DNA from: Christensenellales bacterium
GTDB taxonomy: Bacteria > Bacillota > Clostridia > Christensenellales > DTU072
DNA: 64,000 nt
Direction: 5' to 3'
Assembly (NCBI GenBank): GCA_050309775.1
Contig: JBNRMV010000010.1
Location: forward strand, 23,193 to 87,192
Part shown: positions 47,497 to 58,562 of the stretch, piece after piece
Layout of the letters: every line of letters starts with the position of its first letter
Numbering within the stretch: the first letter of the stretch is position 1
Position numbers and translations under genes: made by a program
The notes under the pieces: model-generated
Told to the model about the DNA's origin: nothing
The model's input: the letters and a program-made list of their open reading frames with translations, nothing else
The model's database searches: none

Positions 47497-48126
47497 ATGA
47501 AGAAAGCTATATTAGGCAGAAAGCTCGGTATGAGTCAGATATTTACCCCGGCAGGTATTGTTATTCCGGTGACGATAGTCGAAGCCGGACCTTGCCCTAT
47601 TGTGCAAGTCAAAACCGCCGAGAAAGACGGCTATGAAGCAATCCAAGTCGGATTTGGCGAAAAGAAAGAAAAGAACATCAATAAACCGGTAAAAGGTCAT
47701 TTCGCAAAGAGCCAACTGAAACCAAAGAGATATCTCCGCGAATTCAGAACGGAAGAGGGCGACAAGTTCGAGGTCGGTCAGGAAATAAAGTGCGATACAT
47801 TCGTTGTCGGCGACAAGGTTGATGTAGTAGGCACGACAAAAGGCAGAGGATTCACGGGCACCATTCAGAGATGGAACACCCACCGCGGACCTATGGCCCA
47901 TGGCTCAGGTTATCATCGCGGCGTAGGCTCGTTGTCCGCCAACTCAAACCCCTCCAGAGTCTTCAAAAATAAGAAGATGCCCGGACAATACGGACATGAG
48001 CAGGTCACCATAAAAAATCTTGAAATAGCAAGAGTAGACAAAGCAAGGAATCTGTTGTTCATAAAAGGCGGAATCCCCGGACCCAAAGACAGCCTTGTCA
48101 TTGTCAAGCAAACGCTTAAGGTATAA
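47497..48126 (+). CDS. rplC: 50S ribosomal protein L3
   Basis: Conserved uL3 sequence and operon position. Confidence 0.97.
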   Translation: MKKAILGRKLGMSQIFTPAGIVIPVTIVEAGPCPIVQVKTAEKDGYEAIQVGFGEKKEKNINKPVKGHFAKSQLKPKRYLREFRTEEGDKFEVGQEIKCDTFVVGDKVDVVGTTKGRGFTGTIQRWNTHRGPMAHGSGYHRGVGSLSANSNPSRVFKNKKMPGQYGHEQVTIKNLEIARVDKARNLLFIKGGIPGPKDSLVIVKQTLKV

Positions 48127-48138
48127 AGGAGTACGGCA

Positions 48139-48762
48139 ATGATTGAATTAAAGGTATATAATATAGAAGGCAAGCAGACAGGTACTCTGAGTGTAGATGA
48201 GTCGATACTCGGCGCCGATTACAACGAAGCGCTGATTCACCAGGTTGTGGTGGCGCAACTCGCCAACAAACGCCAGGGCACAAAGTCAACTCTTACACGC
48301 GCTGAAGTACGCGGAGGCGGCGTCAAGCCTTACAGACAGAAAGGCACCGGCAGAGCCAGACAGGGCAGCATACGCGCTCCGCAATGGAGAAAGGGCGGTG
48401 TTGTATTTGCGCCGAAACCCAGAGATTTTTCTAAGAAAATCAACAAAAAAATGAAAGAAGCCGCAATGAAAAGCGCGCTCAGCCAAAAAATTCGTCAAGA
48501 TGAATTCATCGTGCTTGAGTCGCTTACGCTTGAGGCGCCCAAGACAAAACTTATGGCGAACATTCTGAAGAATTTTTCGCTGAAGGGCAAGACACTTTTG
48601 GTTCTTGACCAAGACAACGAAACTGTGCTTAGAGCAGCACGCAATATTGAGGGCTTGACCACCTGCAACGCAGACCTTTTGAATGTCTACGAAATAGTCA
48701 GGAACGGAAAGTGCATCATCACTGCCGATGCTGTCAAGAGGCTTGAGGAGGTAAATAAATAA
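48139..48762 (+). CDS. rplD: 50S ribosomal protein L4
   Basis: Conserved uL4 sequence (KGTGRARQGS) and operon position. Confidence 0.97.
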   Translation: MIELKVYNIEGKQTGTLSVDESILGADYNEALIHQVVVAQLANKRQGTKSTLTRAEVRGGGVKPYRQKGTGRARQGSIRAPQWRKGGVVFAPKPRDFSKKINKKMKEAAMKSALSQKIRQDEFIVLESLTLEAPKTKLMANILKNFSLKGKTLLVLDQDNETVLRAARNIEGLTTCNADLLNVYEIVRNGKCIITADAVKRLEEVNK

Positions 48763-49052
48763 TGAAGGCATACGATATAATAATCAAGCCGGTTTTATCC
48801 GAGAAGAGCTATGACGGTATTGCAATAAAGGATTATACCTTTATCGTAGCCAAATCGGCGACCAAAACAGAAGTCAAACAAGCCGTTGAAGAAATCTTCA
48901 ATGTAAAAGTTGACAGAGTAAATGTCGTAAATTATCAGGGCAAGATAAAAAGAATGGGCAGGACACAAGGCAGAAGGCCGTCTTTCAAAAAGGCCTATGT
49001 CAAGCTGTCGGCAGAAAGCAAGCCGATAGAATTCTTTGAGAGCTTGTCATAA
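48762..49052 (+). CDS. rplW: 50S ribosomal protein L23
   Basis: Conserved uL23 sequence and operon position. Confidence 0.95.
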   Translation: MKAYDIIIKPVLSEKSYDGIAIKDYTFIVAKSATKTEVKQAVEEIFNVKVDRVNVVNYQGKIKRMGRTQGRRPSFKKAYVKLSAESKPIEFFESLS

Positions 49053-49067
49053 GAGTAGGAGGCAAAA

Positions 49068-49895
<828 letters not shown>

Positions 49896-49909
49896 GAGGA
49901 TAACCGATA

Positions 49910-50188
49910 ATGAGTAGGTCAATTAAGAAAGGTCCTTATGCACATGAGAGCCTGAAAAAGAAAATTATAGCGCTCAATGAATCAGGAGAAAAAAAGCCGG
50001 TTAAGACCTGGTCAAGAGCATCGACTATCTTCCCTGATTTTGTCGGACACACAATTGCCGTACACGATGGCAAAAAGCATGTTCCCGTATATATTACAGA
50101 GGATATGGTAGGTTTGAAGCTGGGCGAGTTTGCCCCGACGAGAACTTTCAGAGGTCACGCCGGAAGCAAAACCTCCGGCAAAAAGTAG
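49910..50188 (+). CDS. rpsS: 30S ribosomal protein S19
   Basis: [10 protein letters not shown] start, conserved uS19. Confidence 0.97.
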   Translation: MSRSIKKGPYAHESLKKKIIALNESGEKKPVKTWSRASTIFPDFVGHTIAVHDGKKHVPVYITEDMVGLKLGEFAPTRTFRGHAGSKTSGKK

Positions 50189-50200
50189 GAGGTAAGATAG

Positions 50201-50587
50201 ATGGCAACCAGAATTAGGGAAAAGGCGCAATCAAGAAAAGACTATGCCGACAAGCGTCCTATGGCGAAGGCGAAATATATCCGTATTTCCCCTTACAAAG
50301 TAAGAGCCGTGTTGGATTTGATTAGAGGAAAGGGATATATCGAAGCCGTGGCTTTGCTCGAAAACCTCAACAAGTCCTCATCGCTGCCAATACTCAAGGT
50401 GGTGAAATCAGCCGCAGCGAACGCCGAACACAACCTTAGTATGAGCAAAGAAGCGCTTTATGTCGCTGAATGCTTTGCCGACCAGGGAGCAACCTTGAAG
50501 AGGTTTATCCCGAAAGCTCACGGAAGGGCCGGCAGCATATTGAAAAGAACCAGCAACATAACAGTTATTCTTGACGAAAGGCAATAG
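50201..50587 (+). CDS. rplV: 50S ribosomal protein L22 (with ~20-aa N-terminal extension)
   Basis: uL22 core from AKAKYIRISPYKVR. A strong AGGAGG RBS supports the upstream ATG 50201. Confidence 0.9.
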   Translation: MATRIREKAQSRKDYADKRPMAKAKYIRISPYKVRAVLDLIRGKGYIEAVALLENLNKSSSLPILKVVKSAAANAEHNLSMSKEALYVAECFADQGATLKRFIPKAHGRAGSILKRTSNITVILDERQ

Positions 50588-50599
50588 GAGGAGTAAAAG

Positions 50600-51271
50600 A
50601 TGGGTCAGAAAGTAAATCCGCACGGATTAAGAATAGGCATAATAGAGGGTTGGGATTCTCAGTGGTACGCAGATAAGAAAGGCTTCTCCAAGAATATCAG
50701 CGAAGACTACAAGGTTAGAACACTCTTGAAGAAAAAGTATTTTGCAGCGGCCATCTCCAAAATCACTATTGAGCGCGCCGCCAATACTATTACGGTGAAT
50801 ATGTATTGTGGACGCCCCGGAGTAGCAATAGGCAAACAGGCCGCCGGCATTCCGCTCATAAAGAAAGATATCGAGAAGATTTGCCCGGGCAAGACCGTAA
50901 ATGTGAATATCCACGAAGTCAAGAAAGTTGACATCGATGCGCAGCTGGTGGCAGAAGCCATTGCCGCTCAGCTTGAAAGAAGAATACAATTCAGAAGAGC
51001 CATGAAGCAGGCTATGCAGAAGTCAATGAGAGGCGGAGCAAAGGGTATCAAAACCATGGTCAGCGGCAGACTTGACGGCGCCGAAATCGCCAGAAGTGAG
51101 TTCTACCATGAAGGTTCCATTCCCCTCCAGACATTGAGAGCCAACATAGATTATGGCTTTGCCGAAGCCTCCACAACCTACGGAATAATAGGCGTGAAGG
51201 TTTGGATATATAAAGGTGAGGTTTTCACCAAAGTAGGTAAAGGAGGTAATGACAATTATGTTAATGCCTAA
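50600..51271 (+). CDS. rpsC: 30S ribosomal protein S3
   Basis: [13 protein letters not shown] start, conserved uS3. Confidence 0.97.
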   Translation: MGQKVNPHGLRIGIIEGWDSQWYADKKGFSKNISEDYKVRTLLKKKYFAAAISKITIERAANTITVNMYCGRPGVAIGKQAAGIPLIKKDIEKICPGKTVNVNIHEVKKVDIDAQLVAEAIAAQLERRIQFRRAMKQAMQKSMRGGAKGIKTMVSGRLDGAEIARSEFYHEGSIPLQTLRANIDYGFAEASTTYGIIGVKVWIYKGEVFTKVGKGGNDNYVNA

Positions 51272-51695
51272 GAGAGTGAAAAGAAGAAGACAGCACAGGG
51301 GCAGAATGAAGGGCAACGCCAACAAAGGCAACATCATAGCATACGGAGAGTACGCTTTGGTAGCAAAAGAGCCTAGCTGGGTAACCTCCAATCAAATTGA
51401 AGCCGCCCGTGTGGCAATGACAAGATTTATGAAGCGTGGCGGACAGGTTTGGGTCAACATATTCCCCCACAAGCCCGTCACAAAGAAACCCGCCGAAACC
51501 CGCATGGGAAGCGGAAAGGGATCTCCGGAATATTGGGTAGCAGTAGTAAAACCCGACAGAGTGCTTTTTGAAGTAGCAGGAGTGTCAGAAGAAGTAGCAA
51601 GAGAGGCATTGAGATTGGGAATGCACAAGCTGCCGCTAAAATGTAAATTCGTACGCAAGGCTGATATGATAGTCGCGGAAGGTGGTGAGGTATAA
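51258..51695 (+). CDS. rplP: 50S ribosomal protein L16
   Basis: [10 protein letters not shown] start, typical of uL16. The ORF-track ATG 51249 is too close to the RBS. Confidence 0.93.
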   Translation: MLMPKRVKRRRQHRGRMKGNANKGNIIAYGEYALVAKEPSWVTSNQIEAARVAMTRFMKRGGQVWVNIFPHKPVTKKPAETRMGSGKGSPEYWVAVVKPDRVLFEVAGVSEEVAREALRLGMHKLPLKCKFVRKADMIVAEGGEV

Positions 51696-51937
51696 TGAAA
51701 TCGACAAAGTTTTTTGAAATGAGTACACAAGAACTCAATGATAAGTACAACTCCTTAAAGTCTGATTTGTTCAATCTCCGCTTCAAGCATGCCACCAATC
51801 AGTTGTCCAACAATATGACTATGGTGGAGTGCAAGAGAGATATTGCGCGGGTTATGACAATTCTGCGCCAGAGAGAACTCAACATCAGCTTTGAGCCGGA
51901 AACCAAGCCAAAGAAAGCCAAAAAAAGCTCGAAATAA
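51695..51937 (+). CDS. rpmC: 50S ribosomal protein L29 (with short basic C-terminal extension)
   Basis: uL29 core (ELNDKYNSLKSDLFNLRF) and operon position. Confidence 0.93.
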   Translation: MKSTKFFEMSTQELNDKYNSLKSDLFNLRFKHATNQLSNNMTMVECKRDIARVMTILRQRELNISFEPETKPKKAKKSSK

Positions 51938-51952
51938 CAGGAGGAGCAAGAA

Positions 51953-52207
51953 ATGGAAAGAAATCTAAGAAAGACCAGAATAGGAACAGTAGTCAGCGAC
52001 AAAATGGACAAGACCATAGTAGTCGCAGCTGTCAGAAAGGTTAAGCATCCTCTGTACAAGAAGTATATCAAGACCACAAAGAAGTATAAAGCGCACGACG
52101 AACTTAACGAGTGCGGAATAGGCGACTTTGTCGAAATCGAAGAAACCAGACCTATCTCAAAAGATAAGTGCTGGAGACTTGTCAAGATTATCGACAAGGC
52201 GAAATAG
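51953..52207 (+). CDS. rpsQ: 30S ribosomal protein S17
   Basis: Conserved uS17 sequence. Confidence 0.96.
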   Translation: MERNLRKTRIGTVVSDKMDKTIVVAAVRKVKHPLYKKYIKTTKKYKAHDELNECGIGDFVEIEETRPISKDKCWRLVKIIDKAK

Positions 52208-52219
52208 GAGGAGCAAGAT

Positions 52220-52588
52220 ATGATACAACCACAATCAAGACTTAAAGTAGCTGACAATTCCGGCGCAAAAGAAATTATGTGCATAAGAGTTCTCGGCGGT
52301 TCCTTCGTCAGAAGCGGCAATATCGGAGATGTCATAGTGGCTTCGGTAAAGTCTGCGACCCCCAACGGAACAGTGAAGAAAGGCGATGTCGTAAGAGCTG
52401 TTATCGTCAGAACCCACAAAGGACTCATGAGAGCTGACGGCTCGCATATAAAGTTTGACGACAATGCTGCGGTTATCATAGACAACCAGAAGCAGCCCAA
52501 AGGCACTCGTATCTTTGGACCGATAGCCAGAGAGCTAAGAGAAAAAGACTATATGAAAATCATTTCTCTTGCCCCTGAAGTAATGTAG
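52220..52588 (+). CDS. rplN: 50S ribosomal protein L14
   Basis: [17 protein letters not shown] start, conserved uL14. Confidence 0.97.
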   Translation: MIQPQSRLKVADNSGAKEIMCIRVLGGSFVRSGNIGDVIVASVKSATPNGTVKKGDVVRAVIVRTHKGLMRADGSHIKFDDNAAVIIDNQKQPKGTRIFGPIARELREKDYMKIISLAPEVM

Positions 52589-52597
52589 GAGGAAGAA

Positions 52598-53155
52598 ATG
52601 GCGAAATATAGCATAAAAAAAGACGATTATGTAATGGTTATTGCCGGCAAAGATAAGGGCAAAACAGCACTTGTTCTTGGCATTGACACCGATAACAACC
52701 GCGCCACAATCGAAGGCAAGGGTCTTACCGTTAAGAAGAAGGCAATAAAAGCAAGAAAGGCGTCCGACAAGAGCGGTATCATAGATATGCCTGCTACCAT
52801 CGATGTCTCGAACCTTATGCCCATCTGCGCAGCGTGTGACAAACCCACGAGAGTCGGACACACCGTAGTTGACGGCAAAAAACAAAGAGTTTGCAAGAAG
52901 TGCGGCGCTATCCTTGAAACAAAGAAAGTTGTCGAGAAGAAAGCTAAAGCAACCGTAAAGAAGAGAGCCAAGAAAGAAGAAGCTGTTGCAGAGAATGTCG
53001 AGAACAACGAAGCGACAGCAGCAACAGAAGCGGTAGAAACAGCAGCAACCGAAAATAAGGCGGCTGAAGAAGTTACCGAAAAGGCCACCAAAGAGGCAGC
53101 AGCGGCGCCCAAAGCCACGGCTACCGTAACAAGAAAGAAAGTAGTTAAGGAATAG
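52598..53155 (+). CDS. rplX: 50S ribosomal protein L24, atypically long (185 aa) with CxxC...CxxC and an A/E/K/T-rich tail
   Basis: KOW-type uL24 core (KKDDYVMVIAGKDKGK) and operon position. Confidence 0.9.
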   Translation: MAKYSIKKDDYVMVIAGKDKGKTALVLGIDTDNNRATIEGKGLTVKKKAIKARKASDKSGIIDMPATIDVSNLMPICAACDKPTRVGHTVVDGKKQRVCKKCGAILETKKVVEKKAKATVKKRAKKEEAVAENVENNEATAATEAVETAATENKAAEEVTEKATKEAAAAPKATATVTRKKVVKE

Positions 53156-53171
53156 GAGAGGAGGTAAATAG

Positions 53172-53759
53172 ATGGCAAAAGCTAAAGAAGCTCCGGCGGC
53201 AGCACCCGTCGAGAAATACGAGAACAGGCTCAAAATACGCTACAAAGAAGAAATCGTTCCTGCTCTTACTAAAACCTTCAATTACAACAATGTAATGCAG
53301 GTTCCCAAGATTGACAAGATTATCTTGAATATGCGTTTGGGCGATGTGAAAGACAATGCCAAAAGTTTGCAGTCGGCAGTCACCGAGCTTGAAACCATAG
53401 CCGGTCAAAAGGCAATCGTCACGAAAGCCAAGAAGTCCGTAGCAAACTTCAAACTTAGACAGAATATGAGCGTTGGCGCCAAGGTTACTTTGCGCGGCAC
53501 AAGAATGTGGGATTTCTTGGATAAACTTGTATCGATTGCGCTGCCCCGCGTAAGAGACTTCAGGGGAGTCAGCCCCAAGTCGTTCGACGGCAGAGGAAAT
53601 TATTCCATCGGTATCAAGGAACAGCTTATTTTCCCGGAAATAGTATATGACCAAGTAGAGAAAGTAAGAGGTTTTGATATTTGCATCGTAACAACGGCAA
53701 AATCCGACGAAGAGGCAAAAGAGTTGCTCAAGCAAATCGGCATGCCTTTCAGCAAGTAG
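53172..53759 (+). CDS. rplE: 50S ribosomal protein L5
   Basis: Conserved uL5 sequence. Short N-terminal extension. Confidence 0.96.
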   Translation: MAKAKEAPAAAPVEKYENRLKIRYKEEIVPALTKTFNYNNVMQVPKIDKIILNMRLGDVKDNAKSLQSAVTELETIAGQKAIVTKAKKSVANFKLRQNMSVGAKVTLRGTRMWDFLDKLVSIALPRVRDFRGVSPKSFDGRGNYSIGIKEQLIFPEIVYDQVEKVRGFDICIVTTAKSDEEAKELLKQIGMPFSK

Positions 53760-53772
53760 GAGGTTTGACAAA

Positions 53773-53958
53773 ATGGCAAAAAAAGCAATGATAAATAAGC
53801 AACAAAGAAAGCAAAAGTTCGCCACAAGAGAGTATACGCGTTGCAGCATTTGTGGAAGACCTCACGCTGTTCTGAAAAAATACGGTATTTGCAGAATATG
53901 CTTCAGAAATTTGGCTTACAAAGGTCAAATCCCTGGCATAAAGAAAGCAAGCTGGTAA
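53773..53958 (+). CDS. rpsN: 30S ribosomal protein S14 type Z (zinc form)
   Basis: 61 aa with CSICGRPH...CRIC. Confidence 0.96.
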   Translation: MAKKAMINKQQRKQKFATREYTRCSICGRPHAVLKKYGICRICFRNLAYKGQIPGIKKASW

Positions 53959-53970
53959 TGGAGGTGTAAT

Positions 53971-54465
53971 ATGGCAATAACAGATCCTATCGCGGATATG
54001 CTCACCCGTATAAGAAACGGGCTGACAGCCAGATACGAAAGCGTAGATGTTCCCGCATCAAAAGAGAAGTTGGCAATAGCCGAAATTCTTGTAAAAGAGG
54101 GTTTCATAAAAAGCGTAACAGTACTGACGAAAGAAGAGGCGGTTGCCGCCGACAAAAAGGACAAAAAAGACGGCAACCAACCCAGAAGCAGTATTGACAG
54201 AAAGGCTATCGCGCGCCAAGCAAAGAGAAAACTTTATGACAACATTGTCATAGAACTTAAGTACGGCGCCAATAACCAAAAAGTAATAACCGGATTAAAA
54301 AGGATTTCCAAACCCGGCTTGCGTGTGTACGCCAGAAAGGAAGACCTTCCGAGAGTGCTGAACGGTTTAGGCATAGCAATCATTTCCACCTCAAAAGGCA
54401 TTATGACCGACAAAGAGGCTCGTGCAATAGGCGCCGGCGGCGAAGTGCTGGCTTATGTTTGGTAG
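53971..54465 (+). CDS. rpsH: 30S ribosomal protein S8 with ~30-aa internal insertion
   Basis: [13 protein letters not shown] start and a conserved C-terminal half. Confidence 0.93.
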   Translation: MAITDPIADMLTRIRNGLTARYESVDVPASKEKLAIAEILVKEGFIKSVTVLTKEEAVAADKKDKKDGNQPRSSIDRKAIARQAKRKLYDNIVIELKYGANNQKVITGLKRISKPGLRVYARKEDLPRVLNGLGIAIISTSKGIMTDKEARAIGAGGEVLAYVW

Positions 54466-54475
54466 GAGGTAGACG

Positions 54476-55018
54476 ATGTCAAGAATAGGAAGATTACCCA
54501 TTACCCTTACCGATAAAGTTAAGGCGGAAATAGAAGGCAATGTCATTACGGTTACCGGACCTTTGGGAAAACTTTCTCAAGAAATTGAGAACCCCGACAT
54601 AAAGGTCGAAATTGCGGACGGTGCCATACATGTTACACGCGCCAACGAACAAAAGAGCGTAAAATCCGCTCACGGGCTGTATCGTTCATTGATAGCCAAC
54701 ATGGTAGAAGGCGTAGAAAAAGGTTATTCAAAGAACCTTATTATTGCAGGCGTAGGTTACAAGGCAGTCATGCAAGGCAACAGGCTTGTGCTGAATGTAG
54801 GCTACTCGCACCCTGTAAATATAGACGCTCCCGAGGGAATTACCATTGAGTGCGTATCGAACACCGAAATAAGCGTAAAAGGCATTGACAAAACAAAAGT
54901 AGGACAATGCGCCGCCAACATAAAAGCAGTCAGAAAACCCGAACCTTATCATGGTTATGGCGTCCGTTACAAGGATGAGACCATCTTGAGGAAAGAGGGC
55001 AAGACTGCCGGCAAATAA
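54476..55018 (+). CDS. rplF: 50S ribosomal protein L6
   Basis: MSRIGRLPI start, conserved uL6. Confidence 0.97.
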   Translation: MSRIGRLPITLTDKVKAEIEGNVITVTGPLGKLSQEIENPDIKVEIADGAIHVTRANEQKSVKSAHGLYRSLIANMVEGVEKGYSKNLIIAGVGYKAVMQGNRLVLNVGYSHPVNIDAPEGITIECVSNTEISVKGIDKTKVGQCAANIKAVRKPEPYHGYGVRYKDETILRKEGKTAGK

Positions 55019-55032
55019 AGGAGCGATGAGAT

Positions 55033-55413
55033 ATGATTAGCAAAAAGAACAAAAACCAAATCAGGAAAGACAGGCATGAGCGCATGCGTTTCCGCATTGC
55101 TGGCACGGCAGAGAAGCCTCGTTTGAATGTTTATAGGTCACTGGGTCACATTTATGCGCAAATAATCGATGATACCGCCAACAACGGCTCGGGAAATACG
55201 CTGGTGTCAGCAGCCTCCGTCGAAAAAGTCATAATTGCTCAGACAGCTGACATGAACAAGACCGATGCCGCAAAAGTTGTCGGCAAAGTAATTGCAGAAA
55301 GAGCCAAAGAAAAGGGTATATCCACAGTTGTTTTTGACAGAGGCGGATACCTATACACTGGGCGCATAGCTGCATTGGCCGACGGCGCAAGAGAAGCCGG
55401 TTTGGATTTTTAG
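55033..55413 (+). CDS. rplR: 50S ribosomal protein L18
   Basis: Conserved uL18 sequence. Confidence 0.96.
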   Translation: MISKKNKNQIRKDRHERMRFRIAGTAEKPRLNVYRSLGHIYAQIIDDTANNGSGNTLVSAASVEKVIIAQTADMNKTDAAKVVGKVIAERAKEKGISTVVFDRGGYLYTGRIAALADGAREAGLDF

Positions 55414-55422
55414 GAGGCAAAA

Positions 55423-55983
55423 ATGGCATTTGAAAATAGAGAACAGAAAGGCGAATTCAGACAGAACGACAGGTTCGGCAGGAGAGGCAGACGCCAAGAA
55501 GAGAAGGATGACGGCATAATATCAAAGACCGTTACCGTCAACCGCGTAACAAAGGTTGTTAAAGGCGGACGCAACATGCGTTTTGCTGCGCTGGTAGTTG
55601 TCGGCGACGAAAACGGCAGAGTTGGCGCAGGTTTGGGAAAAGCAAAAGAAGTTCCCGAAGCCATCGAGAAAGCCACAAAGGTCGCAAAGAACTCAATGTT
55701 TACCATCGCTACCGAGGGGACGACTATTCCTCACGCTGTCGAAGGTATTTTCGGAAGGGGCAAGGTATTGCTTATGCCAGCCGCCGAAGGAACCGGAGTT
55801 ATTGCCGGCGGCGCAGTGCGCGCAGTGCTTGAAGTCAGCGGCATAAAGGACATCAGAACAAAATCTATCGGCTCCGGCAACCCCATAAACAGCGTCAAAG
55901 CAACTCTTGAAGGACTTAGGTCATTGAGAACCGCCGAAATGGTTGCTGCTTTGAGAGGCGTGCCTGTACAAAAAGGAGAATAA
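55423..55983 (+). CDS. rpsE: 30S ribosomal protein S5
   Basis: Conserved uS5 sequence ([12 protein letters not shown]). Confidence 0.96.
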   Translation: MAFENREQKGEFRQNDRFGRRGRRQEEKDDGIISKTVTVNRVTKVVKGGRNMRFAALVVVGDENGRVGAGLGKAKEVPEAIEKATKVAKNSMFTIATEGTTIPHAVEGIFGRGKVLLMPAAEGTGVIAGGAVRAVLEVSGIKDIRTKSIGSGNPINSVKATLEGLRSLRTAEMVAALRGVPVQKGE

Positions 55984-55985
55984 CG

Positions 55986-56171
55986 ATGAGCAAACTAAAA
56001 ATTACATTGATTAGATCGACAATCGGTTGCTTAGAGAACCAAAAGAGGACGGTTGAGGCGCTGGGTCTCAACAAAATAGGTGTTGCCAAAGTATTTGAAG
56101 ACACACCTTCGCTTCGCGGCATGCTTGATAAGGTGGGTCACCTGGTCAAGACCGAAGAAGCAGCGGAATAA
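55986..56171 (+). CDS. rpmD: 50S ribosomal protein L30
   Basis: 61 aa, KITLIRSTIG, conserved uL30. Confidence 0.95.
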   Translation: MSKLKITLIRSTIGCLENQKRTVEALGLNKIGVAKVFEDTPSLRGMLDKVGHLVKTEEAAE

Positions 56172-56186
56172 ACAGGAGGTAGAGGT

Positions 56187-56630
56187 ATGAGGATAGAGAA
56201 ATTATCCCCGGAAATCGGAGCGACACAGGCACCCAAAAGACTTGGCAGAGGCATTGGCTCCGGTCACGGCAAGACCAGCGGCAAGGGTCACAAAGGACAG
56301 AACGCCAGAAGCGGCGGCGGAGTGCGCCCCGGATTTGAAGGCGGACAAATGCCGCTTACCAGAAGGTTGCCCAAAAGAGGCTTCAAAAACCAATTCAAAA
56401 AAGTGTATTCCATCGTCAACATCGAGACTCTCGAGGCTTTTGATGACGGCGCGGTAATAACCCCGGAAATTTTGCTTGACGCAGGTATTCTCAGCAAAAT
56501 TGAACCTTATGGACTGAAGATATTAGGTGACGGACAGCTTACAAAGAAGCTTACGGTGCAGGCCCACAAATTCACCAAATCCGCAGAGGAAAAAATACTC
56601 GAGGCAGGCGGTAAAGTAGAGGTACTATAA
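56187..56630 (+). CDS. rplO: 50S ribosomal protein L15
   Basis: Conserved uL15 sequence ([19 protein letters not shown]). Confidence 0.96.
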   Translation: MRIEKLSPEIGATQAPKRLGRGIGSGHGKTSGKGHKGQNARSGGGVRPGFEGGQMPLTRRLPKRGFKNQFKKVYSIVNIETLEAFDDGAVITPEILLDAGILSKIEPYGLKILGDGQLTKKLTVQAHKFTKSAEEKILEAGGKVEVL

Positions 56631-56631
56631 A

Positions 56632-57948
56632 ATGCTGCAAACATTAAAAAACGCTTTTTTATCTCCGGATATTCGTAAAAAGATATTTTTTACGATTATG
56701 ATTATATTCATTTATAGAATAGGTTGCTATATTCCTATTCCCGGAATTGACGCGACAACTTTTCAAGATGCCGCCAGCAACGACTTTATGCAAATGCTAT
56801 ATATGATTACCGGCGGTTCGTTGCAAAACGGCACATTGTTTGCTTTAGGTATCATTCCGTTCATTAACTCTTTCATTATCATGCAGCTTTTGACTTTGGT
56901 AATACCAAAACTCGAAAAGCTCAGCAAAGAGGGTGAAGAGGGCAGAAAAAAGATTACACAATATACCCGTTATCTTGCTATCGGGCTGGGACTTGTACAA
57001 GCAATAGGCGTTATGTTCAGCTGGAGAAGCGCAATACTGCCTGTGTTTGGTGACAGCGTTGCCAGCGAGATATTCACAATGATTTGTATCGTCATAATAC
57101 TCACGGCAGGTTCGTCGTTGGTTATGTGGCTTGGAGAGAGAATAACCGAATACGGCGTAGGAAACGGCACTTCCCTAATAATATTCATTGGTATCGTATC
57201 CAACCTCGGACTTTCGATAGCTCAGGCTATATTTAAGACTATTCCCGACCAAATCAAAGCCGGAGAGGGTACTGCAGGTATATGGTACTTGCTAGGCTTC
57301 TTGATTTTGGTTGTACTATTGTTCTTGCTGATAGTCTTTGTAGACCTTTCAGAGCGCAGAATTACAGTGCAGTATGCCAAACAAATCAAGGGCAACAAGA
57401 TGTACGGCGGTCAAACCTCCCATATCCCCATAAAAGTAAACAGCGGCGGAGTTATGCCAATCATTTTTGCCAGCTCGCTGATTATGTTCCCCCAAATGAT
57501 TATGCAGTTCGTCGGAAATACTTCCTCGAAGTTTGTCATCTGGTGGTATGAGTGGATGGGAGTCGGCGGCAACATTTATCCGCTATTTATGTTCCTGCTG
57601 ATAATATTCTTCGCATACTTCTATGCGCAGATTCAGTTCAACCCTGACGACATCGCCAGAATGATACAACAAAACGGCGGATTTATCCCCGGCATACGCC
57701 CCGGAAAGTCCACAAGCGACCACTTGCGCAAAATCAACAACCGCATAACCCTGTTCGGGGCGCTGTTCTTGGCCTTTGTGGCGCTTATACCCACATATAT
57801 ACTACAGCTGAAAGGTTTTGAAAGTTTCGGCTTTGCAAATGCGTTCAGCGCAACAGGTTTGCTCATCGTTGTCAGCGTGGCGCTTGAGTTTGAAAAACAG
57901 CTTGAGTCACAGCTGCTGGTGAAAGCAAACAAAGGATTCTTGAAATAA
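56632..57948 (+). CDS. secY: preprotein translocase subunit SecY
   Basis: 438 aa, 10 TM helices, conserved SecY sequence and position. Confidence 0.97.
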   Translation: MLQTLKNAFLSPDIRKKIFFTIMIIFIYRIGCYIPIPGIDATTFQDAASNDFMQMLYMITGGSLQNGTLFALGIIPFINSFIIMQLLTLVIPKLEKLSKEGEEGRKKITQYTRYLAIGLGLVQAIGVMFSWRSAILPVFGDSVASEIFTMICIVIILTAGSSLVMWLGERITEYGVGNGTSLIIFIGIVSNLGLSIAQAIFKTIPDQIKAGEGTAGIWYLLGFLILVVLLFLLIVFVDLSERRITVQYAKQIKGNKMYGGQTSHIPIKVNSGGVMPIIFASSLIMFPQMIMQFVGNTSSKFVIWWYEWMGVGGNIYPLFMFLLIIFFAYFYAQIQFNPDDIARMIQQNGGFIPGIRPGKSTSDHLRKINNRITLFGALFLAFVALIPTYILQLKGFESFGFANAFSATGLLIVVSVALEFEKQLESQLLVKANKGFLK

Positions 57949-58562
57949 TGAAGCTCATATTATTAGGCGCGCCGGGAGCCGGTAAAGGCTCTCAGGCAAC
58001 CAAGATATCAGCAGAATACAACATACCGCATATCTCGACAGGAGACGCATTGAGAGCAAACATAGCCGCCGGCACAGAGCTGGGGAAATATGCTCAGTCG
58101 TTTATCGAGAAGGGAATGTTGGTGCCTGACGAAGTCGTCGTAAACATTGTTGCCGACAGAATAAGGCAAGATGATTGCAAAAACGGCTTTTTGCTTGACG
58201 GTTTCCCCCGCACAATAGGACAGGCGGAAGCCCTTGACAAGCTCACCGACATTGACATGGTCATAAACCTTGAGGTTGATTTTGGTCTTGTCATAAACCG
58301 CATAAGCGGCAGAAGAATGTGCGCTTGCGGCGAGACATACCATATCAGCACTTACAGCGCTGATGACTGCGCAAAATGCGGCGGAAAACTCTATCAGAGG
58401 AAGGACGACAACGAGGAGACAATAAAAAACCGCCTTGAGGTATATACTCAGCAGTCGGCGCCGCTGGTGGATTATTATAAGGACAAAGGTATCTTAGTCA
58501 ATGTTGACAGCAACACGACAATACAGGCTACCTTTGATGCAATAAAAGAGATACTAAAATGA
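57948..58562 (+). CDS. adk: adenylate kinase (zinc-lid type)
   Basis: GAPGAGKGS P-loop. Lid CACG...CAKCGG. Confidence 0.97.
   Translation: MKLILLGAPGAGKGSQATKISAEYNIPHISTGDALRANIAAGTELGKYAQSFIEKGMLVPDEVVVNIVADRIRQDDCKNGFLLDGFPRTIGQAEALDKLTDIDMVINLEVDFGLVINRISGRRMCACGETYHISTYSADDCAKCGGKLYQRKDDNEETIKNRLEVYTQQSAPLVDYYKDKGILVNVDSNTTIQATFDAIKEILK

Noticed and set aside
51799-53849. Several long minus-strand ORFs (51799-52506, 52535-53233, 52627-53178, 53145-53849; 183-235 aa) antisense to the ribosomal protein genes
   Set aside because: They overlap universally conserved r-protein genes on the opposite strand. Their translations are low-complexity (S/F/L/C/A-rich) with no RBS or motifs. They are a typical antisense-frame artefact of biased codon usage.
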